From the NCBI GenBank assembly GCA_965368815.1, contig CBDUOH010000001.1, positions 33,087 to 97,086 of the forward strand: DNA of 64,000 bases, given 5' to 3'. Origin of the DNA: an uncultured Acidimicrobiia bacterium (GTDB lineage Bacteria > Actinomycetota > Acidimicrobiia > Spongiisociales > UBA5794). Positions 35,700 through 44,449 of this stretch are shown here, piece after piece; positions within the stretch are counted from its first letter, which is position 1, and every line of letters starts with the position of its first letter. The notes under the pieces are model-generated. The model searched no databases and was not told the origin of the DNA. It saw only the letters and a list, made by a program, of their open reading frames with translations. Made by a program: the position numbers and the translations under genes.

Positions 35700-36985
35700 A
35701 AACCCGTGCGATCGTGCAAACCCTCGGTATGGTGCCCGCTGGTGAGGAGGCTGGAATGACCACGAGATCGACGTCAACTGCGAACCGGTCGTTGCGGCGC
35801 GCCCTGATACTCGCGTTCACGGTTGCAGCGTTCCTGCTGACGGCGGCCGGTATGGCTGCCGCATCGGACGATGTGGGGCTCGTCGACGGTGAGACCGGCA
35901 TCTGGTACCTCAGGGACGCTGCGTCGGGGGAGACCACCTCGTTCTACTACGGCAATCCCTCCGACTACCCGTTCGCGGGGGACTGGGACTGCGACGGCGT
36001 CGACACGCCAGGGCTCTACCGCCAGTCCGACGGATATGTGTATCTGCGGAACTCGAACACGCAAGGGATTGCCGACATCCGGTTCTTCTTCGGCAACCCG
36101 GGCGATATCCCGCTTCCCGGTGATTTCGACGGCGATGGGTGCGACTCGGTGTCGATCTACCGTCCATCCGAGGCACGGGTCTACATCATCAACGAGATCG
36201 GTGCCCACGGCGCAGGTTTGGGTGCCGCGGACTTCAGCTTCGCCTACGGGAACTACGGGGACATCCCGGTTGTCGGCGACGCCGATGGTGACGGTACCGA
36301 TTCCATCCACATGTTCCGGGAACAGACGGGGATGGTCTACCTCAACGACGTCGTGGGGGATGGGCCGACGACTGCGGTGGAGGTCGCAGACCGTACCGTA
36401 CCGCTGATCGGAGACTGGCCCGGAAGCGGAGCCGTGGCGACGTTCGGGTCGAACCCGTCCGAGTTCGACGTGCCCGGTACCGGAGTGTTCGCATACGGTG
36501 GCCCTGACATGTCCCCGATCTCGGGTGACTTCGGAGTCCTCCCCGGTGGCGACGACCCGCCGCCGGTTCCACCTCCGTATCCGGATGTGGGTGACGGCAA
36601 ACGGATCATCTACTCCAATTCCGAGCAGCACGTCTGGTTGGTCGATGAGAACAACAAACTCGTCGACGATTACCCCGTGTCCGGTCGCAAGGGTATTCCC
36701 TACGCAGGCACGTACTCGGTCTTCAGCAAGTCGGTGAATGCCTACGCGCCCTACGGCGGGATCACGATGCAGCACATGGTCCGATTCGTCCGTCCTGGTA
36801 CATGGGGCAACCAATGGTCCTACGGCTTCCACTCGATACCCAGATATCCCAATGGACAGCCGATGCAGACGGTCGACGAACTCGGGTACTACCGGTCAGG
36901 TGGATGTGTTCGGCAGGAGGATGGCAAGGCTGCGGCGTTGTTCGAATGGGCCGACATCGGCACCGTCGTCCACGCGCTGCCGTAG
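35696..36985 (+). CDS. Secreted protein: N-terminal GNPGD repeat module + C-terminal L,D-transpeptidase (YkuD) domain
   Basis: ATGA overlap with the upstream stop. TM/signal segment ALILAFTVAAFLLTAAGMAAA. The C-terminal YGFHSIP....SGGCVRQ matches the YkuD catalytic H...S-x-G-C-x-R motif. Confidence 0.85.
   Translation: MKTRAIVQTLGMVPAGEEAGMTTRSTSTANRSLRRALILAFTVAAFLLTAAGMAAASDDVGLVDGETGIWYLRDAASGETTSFYYGNPSDYPFAGDWDCDGVDTPGLYRQSDGYVYLRNSNTQGIADIRFFFGNPGDIPLPGDFDGDGCDSVSIYRPSEARVYIINEIGAHGAGLGAADFSFAYGNYGDIPVVGDADGDGTDSIHMFREQTGMVYLNDVVGDGPTTAVEVADRTVPLIGDWPGSGAVATFGSNPSEFDVPGTGVFAYGGPDMSPISGDFGVLPGGDDPPPVPPPYPDVGDGKRIIYSNSEQHVWLVDENNKLVDDYPVSGRKGIPYAGTYSVFSKSVNAYAPYGGITMQHMVRFVRPGTWGNQWSYGFHSIPRYPNGQPMQTVDELGYYRSGGCVRQEDGKAAALFEWADIGTVVHALP
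35942..36447 (+). repeat. GNPGD repeat module, copy 5 (N-terminal position, last repeat degenerate)
   Basis: FYYGNPSDYPFAGDWDCDGVDTPGLYRQSDGYVYLR, FFFGNPGDIPLPGDFDGDGCDSVSIYRPSEARVYIINEIG, FAYGNYGDIPVVGDADGDGTDSIHMFREQTGMVYLN, then a degenerate VPLIGDWPGSG. Confidence 0.85.
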
Positions 36986-36987
36986 AC

Positions 36988-38007
36988 CTAGTGCGTCGGC
37001 ATGTCCCTGCCGCCGCGTCTCCCCGGCGTCGGCGCACCCCTGTGGAGCGTGCGGGTCTGGCTCCTCGGGTATCGCAGCGACATCGCGTTGACCATGTGCA
37101 GGGCAGATACGGTTCGGAACCGCTCGACCTCGCGTCGGCGTTGGAGCCTGCCGCGTCGCCGTGTCCAGACGCTTTGATACGACCGCCATTTGGCTCCCGC
37201 AAGCCCGGATCGTTTCCGAACGGCGTACACCCAGACCGCGAGCTCGGTGGCGACGATGATCGGGCTGACCAACAGCCTCGTTGCGAACCCGAGGTACGTC
37301 ATCAGCATTTCGATGCGGTTGCGCTCCAGGAGGAAGAACTTCTCGGGTGACATCGTGAGGTGATAGTCGTGGACAACGGCTGGTGTCGGTACGTGCCAGA
37401 CCTGGTATCCAGCGGCCATGATGGCCCATGACAGTTCGACGTCCTCGTGATAGAGGAATCCGCGTTCGGACCAACCACCGATCTGCTCGAGAACGTCCCG
37501 CTTGATCACGAACGCGGTCCCCTGGACACCGTGAACTCTCGCCGGGGTCACGGCTGCCGTGTCGGTGGCATGGCCCAGGTGCCGATTGAAGCCGAACCCT
37601 GCTTTGTGGAGCAGCAATCCTTCGGCGTTGATGCCCGTTCCGTCAGCCAGGATCACCGTGGGACACGCCGCAGCGATTCGGTCGTTGCGTTCCAGTATGT
37701 CGACGCAGGGCGCAATCCAGTCGCCCTCGACGACGCAATCAGCGTTCATGACAGCGATGTGCTGCGTTGTGACCGAGCGCACCCCGAGGTTGACTCCGCC
37801 CGCATAGCCGAGGTTCTTCTCGGATCGGACGACCTTGACTCCATCGAGGCGCCCGGCGACCGCATGCGCGATCGATGCCGTGTCATCGGTGGACGCGTTG
37901 TCGACGATCACCAGCGGGCCGGCGAAACCGGACTGCCGCACGGATTCGATGCATCGTTCGAGTGTCCCTGCATCGTTGTACGCCACGATGATGAGCGCCG
38001 ATGCCAC
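36988..38007 (-). CDS. GT2 glycosyltransferase (soluble, rhamnosyltransferase-like architecture)
   Basis: ALIIVAYNDAGTLERCIESV, VIVDNASTDDT, NLGYAGGVNLG and MNADCVV motifs. It starts 1 nt after the upstream gene ends. Confidence 0.8.
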   Translation of the reverse strand: MASALIIVAYNDAGTLERCIESVRQSGFAGPLVIVDNASTDDTASIAHAVAGRLDGVKVVRSEKNLGYAGGVNLGVRSVTTQHIAVMNADCVVEGDWIAPCVDILERNDRIAAACPTVILADGTGINAEGLLLHKAGFGFNRHLGHATDTAAVTPARVHGVQGTAFVIKRDVLEQIGGWSERGFLYHEDVELSWAIMAAGYQVWHVPTPAVVHDYHLTMSPEKFFLLERNRIEMLMTYLGFATRLLVSPIIVATELAVWVYAVRKRSGLAGAKWRSYQSVWTRRRGRLQRRREVERFRTVSALHMVNAMSLRYPRSQTRTLHRGAPTPGRRGGRDMPTH

Positions 38008-38008
38008 G

Positions 38009-39175
38009 CTAGGACGTCCGGTCGGTCAACAGTGTGATGAAGAGCGAAGCGGACAACATCTGGAGGCCGAAGACGGCTCCCGTGGCTGTCGCGACCAGCG
38101 TGCGGGTATCGGTGAATGCAGGTCCTCCCGCGGCAAGCCACGCGACAATCGTCGCGAGCAGCCAGAGGCCACACACCATCACGAGCGTGAGCCCGGTGAG
38201 TGCAGCGATGGCACGAGCCCGGCCCGATGTCAGCGCGTCGACGGCGCGCGACACGCGGAATCCGAGTTGCTTGCGGTACACAGCGCCCGCGATACCAAAG
38301 ATCAGGAGCTGGAATCCTGCGAGGATCCCGAGGGCGGACACGATGAACGAATGAATCGACAGACCGAGGTAACCGGTCATCACGGGTCCTCCTGCGAGCG
38401 CGACGGCGGCGATCAGCGACACGGTCGTCAGGATCGCCCCGGGTACGCCGAAGAGCATCAGTGGGCGATACACGAGCACCAGGCGCAGGATGCGCCCGAA
38501 GATGCGTGCCCCGTCGCGGAGGGGATTGAGCTTCTTCTCGCCGACCCTCGGGAGATAGTCGATGGGGACCGACGCGGTACGGAGCTCTCGCTCCTTGACC
38601 TTGATGCCGATCTCGACCTCGATGTCGAAGCCTCGCGCTTCGGTACCGAGATCGCCGAATATGGCCCGCCTGAAACCGTACAGCCCACTGAGGTGATCAC
38701 CGCGATCGAGGCCGTGCAGGGTCTGGAGCACGCGCTCCATCAGGGCGTTGCCGATTCGGTTGATCATCGGGGTATTCGATGCATCGATGGCTCGATCAGC
38801 CCGCACATAGTCGTTGTCAGCGAGCAGCTCGACCATGGCAGGAATCGCTTGTGCCGGGTATGTCGCATCGGCGTCCATGAAGAAGACATAATCACCGCTT
38901 GATGCCTCGAACCCGGTCCTGAGGGCACTGCCTTTGCCGAGATTGCTCTGATGCGGGGCAACGACGCAGCCGAGTCCTGCTGCCTCGGCGGCCGTGGCGT
39001 CCGTGCTGGCATCGTCGACCACCACGATCTCGGCATCGGGCAGATGGGTCCGGATGTCCGCGACGACGATCGGGATGGCGTCAGCCTCGTTGTACGCAGG
39101 CAGCACGACGGTCACCGTGGGCGAGTTCGACCGTCGGGCGACGGCGTCTGGTTGGGTCGAGATCGAGTGTGACAC
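38009..39175 (-). CDS. Polyprenyl-phosphate glycosyltransferase (GtrB/DPM1/ArnC-like GT2) with extended C-terminal TM region
   Basis: VTVVLPAYNEADAIPIVVADI, VVVDDASTDAT, NLGKGSALRTGF and FMDADATY, followed by at least four TM helices. Confidence 0.85.
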   Translation of the reverse strand: MSHSISTQPDAVARRSNSPTVTVVLPAYNEADAIPIVVADIRTHLPDAEIVVVDDASTDATAAEAAGLGCVVAPHQSNLGKGSALRTGFEASSGDYVFFMDADATYPAQAIPAMVELLADNDYVRADRAIDASNTPMINRIGNALMERVLQTLHGLDRGDHLSGLYGFRRAIFGDLGTEARGFDIEVEIGIKVKERELRTASVPIDYLPRVGEKKLNPLRDGARIFGRILRLVLVYRPLMLFGVPGAILTTVSLIAAVALAGGPVMTGYLGLSIHSFIVSALGILAGFQLLIFGIAGAVYRKQLGFRVSRAVDALTSGRARAIAALTGLTLVMVCGLWLLATIVAWLAAGGPAFTDTRTLVATATGAVFGLQMLSASLFITLLTDRTS

Positions 39176-39197
39176 GTCGCAACGATAGTGCGACTTG

Positions 39198-41309
39198 TCA
39201 GCCGCCCCAGTATCCGGCGATCGGGTTCATCCAGGAATCCCCGAATTGGAAGATCACGTTCGCCGACGTCTGGGTGTAGGTGTCGCGGAGGTAGAAGGTT
39301 CCGTTCGACGGCCGGAACACCCCGAGTGTGTCGTCTCCGTCGTTGTCCCAGTCGCCCGCGATCACGAGATCACCCGCTGCCGCTCCCCGGTAGTTGTAGG
39401 CAACAGACACGGCGCCGGTTGCGAGGTTGTCCGTGAGGTACACCATCTTGGTCGACGGGCGATAGACACCCACGGTGTCCTTGCCGTCTCCGTTCCAGTC
39501 GCCTGCGATCGGCTGATCGCCCGAGTTGCCGAACGACACCACGATGTCGGCGATGCCCTGCGTGTTTGTGTTGCGGAGGTAGAACTTCGATTCCGATGGA
39601 CGGTAGACGCCGACGGTGTCAGTCCCGTTTCCGTTCCAGTCGCCTGCGATCGGGATGTCACCGGGGATGCCGTAGTAGATGTCGATGTCGGCGACACCTT
39701 GCGTGTTGGAGTTCCGGATGAACAGGAACCCGACGCTTCGGCGGTACAAACCGACGGTCTCGATGCCATCTCCGTTCCAATCACCGATGAACGGCTCATC
39801 GTTCGGGTCCCCGTAGTAGAACGTCTTGACCGCGCCAGACGGCATCCGGATTGACCAGACACCGGTCGTCGGGTCCTGCATGCCGACCGACGATGCGCCT
39901 GCGGGAACAGTCATCGGGGGCGGTCCTTCGACCTCGGCGTCATCGATGTCGAAGTACCAGCTGTAGAGACCGAATCTCGAGCTGACCGTGCCCACCGGCA
40001 GCGTGACGGTCTTGATGCCGTCCTCGCCGGCGTCTGCGGTGAACCGCACGGTCTTGGCACTCCCCGAGGTGTGCCGGGCGATGACATCGGCAGCGGTGAG
40101 GCGATATCCGTCGTAGAGCGAGCTGGTACCCCAGACCTTGTCGATGACCACGTCGGTCGTGAACGTGGATGTCCATGTCCCGAGCGGATTGGCCGCGGTG
40201 ATCGACTGCCCATCCGACTTCGAAATCAGATACGACCGATACGAACCCCACTTCTCTTCCGACGACTCGGTCGCTCCACCGTTCGACGAGCTGTAGTACG
40301 CCTTGACGATCTTGCCGTCAGGGGCCTGGGCATGGGTCATCACCATGCCCGCTGTGGCGTTCGCAGCGGCTTCCCACAGCGTTCCCATCGTGAAACTCCG
40401 GGTCCAGCCGGCGTACACCTGGTCTGAGGAGCTGTTCTTGATGTCGCAGAAGCATCCCGCATTCCTGTGGTTGACCGTGTAGGCAGTGGCTGCGCCATAC
40501 GACCGTGCCGCCACCGCCTGGGTCCTGAGGGCGTTGGATGGCCACGAGTACGGCACCTCGGAGATCCCCCGTGTGTACTCGTCGAGGGTGGTCACGACAA
40601 CGAGATCGAAGCCCGGATAGGCCAGCTCGTTGTTGTTGCCGCACGGGTGTGCATAGCAGTCATGGAGGGATCGGTGACTGCTGACGTTGTCGACCACGTG
40701 GAAGGCGGTGCCGTATCCGTAGGTGCATTGGGTCGGTCGCCTGCAGTTGGTGGCGGATATGAGATTGGACGGTTCGCCACCGGGAGCGTTGAGCGCTGCT
40801 GTCACATCGCAGCTCCCGACCCCCCAATCGGTGGCGACGTCATCGATGGTCACGACGATCTGGCAACCGCCGGGTGCACCCTCCTGGGGTGTGGTGTCGA
40901 CGATCGATACGGTGTCGCCGCTGAACAGGGTCGTCGACGGTGTGGCTGTCACGGTGGGATCGCGGGTGATCACGATCCCGGCTTCAGGAGCCGCAGGACC
41001 GGGGTGCACCGTGAGTGTCGTGCTCGTGATGTCCGATGCCACGTTGGTGTAGATCGAATCGACGGCTCCGACACCGCCCTGACCGAGGACGCCGATCGTT
41101 GCCCCGTGGTAGTAGAAGCCGAGGATGGTCGAGTACGACTGGCCGTCGAGTGCCCTTTGGTATGCGCCGTATTGGCTCATACCCACGCCATGACCGAATC
41201 CGGAGCCTTCGAAGTCGATCGTCGCAGGAGGTTCCGCAGCGGTAGCCGTCGAAGGAATCGATGTCATGGAGACCAACAACGCAATCAATATCAGAGATCT
41301 GCGAACCAT
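39198..41309 (-). CDS. Secreted SpoIID/LytB-domain protein + C-terminal five-repeat GDWNGDG module
   Basis: Signal peptide MVRRSLILIALLVSMTSIPSTATAA. GHGVGMSQYGA and YYSSSNGGATE are SpoIID-domain motifs. The C-terminal repeats are a diverged version of the GNPGD module. Confidence 0.85.
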   Translation of the reverse strand: MVRRSLILIALLVSMTSIPSTATAAEPPATIDFEGSGFGHGVGMSQYGAYQRALDGQSYSTILGFYYHGATIGVLGQGGVGAVDSIYTNVASDITSTTLTVHPGPAAPEAGIVITRDPTVTATPSTTLFSGDTVSIVDTTPQEGAPGGCQIVVTIDDVATDWGVGSCDVTAALNAPGGEPSNLISATNCRRPTQCTYGYGTAFHVVDNVSSHRSLHDCYAHPCGNNNELAYPGFDLVVVTTLDEYTRGISEVPYSWPSNALRTQAVAARSYGAATAYTVNHRNAGCFCDIKNSSSDQVYAGWTRSFTMGTLWEAAANATAGMVMTHAQAPDGKIVKAYYSSSNGGATESSEEKWGSYRSYLISKSDGQSITAANPLGTWTSTFTTDVVIDKVWGTSSLYDGYRLTAADVIARHTSGSAKTVRFTADAGEDGIKTVTLPVGTVSSRFGLYSWYFDIDDAEVEGPPPMTVPAGASSVGMQDPTTGVWSIRMPSGAVKTFYYGDPNDEPFIGDWNGDGIETVGLYRRSVGFLFIRNSNTQGVADIDIYYGIPGDIPIAGDWNGNGTDTVGVYRPSESKFYLRNTNTQGIADIVVSFGNSGDQPIAGDWNGDGKDTVGVYRPSTKMVYLTDNLATGAVSVAYNYRGAAAGDLVIAGDWDNDGDDTLGVFRPSNGTFYLRDTYTQTSANVIFQFGDSWMNPIAGYWGG
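39201..39821 (-). repeat. GDWNGDG repeat module, copy 6 (five repeats, diverged)
   Basis: FYYGDPNDEPFIGDWNGDGIETVGLYRRSVGFLFIRN, IYYGIPGDIPIAGDWNGNGTDTVGVYRPSESKFYLRN, VSFGNSGDQPIAGDWNGDGKDTVGVYRPSTKMVYL, AAGDLVIAGDWDNDGDDTLGVFRPSNGTFYLRD, FQFGDSWMNPIAGYW. Confidence 0.85.
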
Positions 41310-41460
41310 GGGGAGAGCTCCGTTGTCTACGCGTTGCGGCTGAACCTGACCCCGGTCAACCTACATGGGCTTTCAAATAACTCGATGCAAATCGGATCTG
41401 TGCGGGCCTGATACATCTATCGGCCACTTCCGTGCCGGTCTGAACATTTGTGTTCCCGGT

Positions 41461-42473
<1,013 letters not shown>

Positions 42474-42477
<4 letters not shown>

Positions 42478-44354
42478 TGGCCTGCCTCCCCATCAAGGAG
42501 TCGATGGATCTCGGTCTCGATCTCTCTGGCTCTCATCGGTTGTCCCTGGATCCGGTTGAACGATACGGTCGGGATCAGGTACTCGGCTCTGATGAGTCGC
42601 GAAAGCTGTCCCATGTTGATCTCGGGCACGAGGACCGACTTGTACCGGCGCAGGACCTCTTCGAGATTCTTCGGCATCGGGTTGAGGTGCCGCAGGTGCA
42701 CGTGGGCCACGGGGCGACCGGCCTTGATCACCCGGTTGACCGCGGTTCGTGCCGCGCCATATGTCGATCCCCAGCTGAGAACCAGAAGCTCGTCGCCTTC
42801 GCCGTGGACGACGACATCGGGTATGTCCTGTGCTATTCGCTTGATCTTCTCCGCACGGGTATGGGTCATCGCCTCGTGGTTGTCGGGATCGTACGAAACG
42901 TTGCCCGTGGTTGCGTCCTTCTCGAGACCACCGACTCTGTGTTCCAACCCGGGTTGGCCCGGAATCGCCCAAGGTCGCGACATCGTCTCCGGGTCTCGTA
43001 GGTAGGGGAGGAACGGCCCATCCTCCTCGGAGTGGGTCGCATACGGGCGGGAGATGTCCGGCAGGTCGTCGAGGTTGGGCAGTGCCCACGGTTCGGACGA
43101 CGTTGCGATGTAACCATCGGTCAGCAGGATCACAGGAGTCATGTACTTGATGGCGATGCGTGCCGCTTCGAACGCTGCACCGAAGGCATCCGACGGCGAC
43201 GAGGTCGACACGATGGGGAGAGGCGATTCGCCATGTCGTCCGTACATCGCGAACAGGAGGTCGGACTGTTCGACCTTGGTGGGCAACCCCGTCGAAGGCC
43301 CACCTCGCTGGATGTCCACGACGACCATCGGCAGTTCGATCATCAACGCGAGTGACAACGTCTCGGATTTGAGGGCGAGCCCCGGTCCCGAGGTCGTCGT
43401 CACGGCGAGTCTGCCGGTGAACGCGGCCCCGAGGGCGGTCCCGATTCCTGCGATTTCATCCTCTGCCTGGAACGACTTCACACCGAAATTCTTGTGCCGT
43501 GCGAGTTCCTCGAGGATCGTCGTCGCCGGGGTGATCGGGTACGAACCGATGAACAACGGGATGTTGGCCTTGTCCGACGCCGCCATCAGCCCCCATGCGG
43601 TGGCCGTGTTCCCCACGACGTTGGTGTACTCGCCCGGGGGAAGTTCGGCAGGTTTGATCTCGAATGTCTGATGGAACGCTTCGGTCGTTATCCCGAAGTT
43701 GTACCCCGCCTTGAGGGCGGCAGTGTTGGCATTCGTCACCGGTGTGTCGGATCCGAACTTGGTGACGACCCAGTCGATCACAGGATCGAGAGGCCGCTGG
43801 TAGATCCACGACATGAGGCCGAGGGCGAAGAAGTTCTTCGACCGCAGGGTTTCGCGACCTTTCACCCCTGTGTCCTTGACCGCCTCCTTGGTGAGTTCGT
43901 CCATCGGCGCCTGCAGGAACCGATAGGCATCGAGGCTGCCGTCTTCAAGGGGATTCGTGTCGTAGCCGGCCTTGGCGAGGTTGCGTTCCTCGAACGCATC
44001 ACTGTTGACAATCAGCAGACCACCCTTGACCAGGTCGTGGAGGTGAGCTTTGAGCGCAGCCGGGTTCATCGCAACGAGGCAGTCAGGGTTGTCGCCGGGC
44101 GTCAGGATGTCCCAGTCCGCGATGTGGACCTGGAAGGATGAGACGCCTGCGATGGTGCCGGCGGGAGCACGGATCTCTGCCGGGAAGTTCGGAAGGGTCG
44201 CGAGGTCATTGCCGAACAGGGCAGAGCTTGCTGTGAACTGCGTTCCTGCGAGCTGCATTCCGTCACCGGAGTCGCCAGCGAATCGGATGACCACGTCCTC
44301 GATCTGCTCGGGGGCTGGTCGTTCTTCGGTCAGGGTCTCTTCGGACACGGTCAA
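42474..44354 (-). CDS. korA: 2-oxoacid:ferredoxin oxidoreductase, alpha subunit
   Basis: FAGDSGDGMQLAG, GSYPITPAT and TTSGPGLALK motifs. The start is either TTG 44354 or, more likely given GGAG spacing, GTG 44348. Confidence 0.9.
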
Positions 44355-44449
44355 GGCTCCTGGTTGGCAGATGAAGCTCTCGCTTCGGCATGTCTCGGGA
44401 CCAACCGATCTACGCGGTCCCGCTGCTCGCTTGCATGGACGTCTACAGC

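Noticed and set aside
34191-35777. 528-aa minus-strand ORF covering the M23 gene. Similar shadow ORFs cover other repeat regions (1551..2336, 32087..32809, 33538..34212, 35774..36832), and they carry their own periodic motif (e.g. VAIEVADER.V).
   Set aside because: It is antisense to ORFs with clear signal peptides, catalytic motifs and coupled starts. The periodicity is just the reverse-complement image of the GNPGD/GDWDGDG repeats. High GC suppresses stop codons on the opposite strand.
41310-41460. A 150-bp comparatively AT-rich intergenic region between the SpoIID-like gene and korB, checked for a tRNA or small RNA gene.
   Set aside because: It has no tRNA-like arms or T-loop consensus and no convincing stable hairpin. 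It is most simply the SpoIID-gene promoter plus the korAB 3' region.
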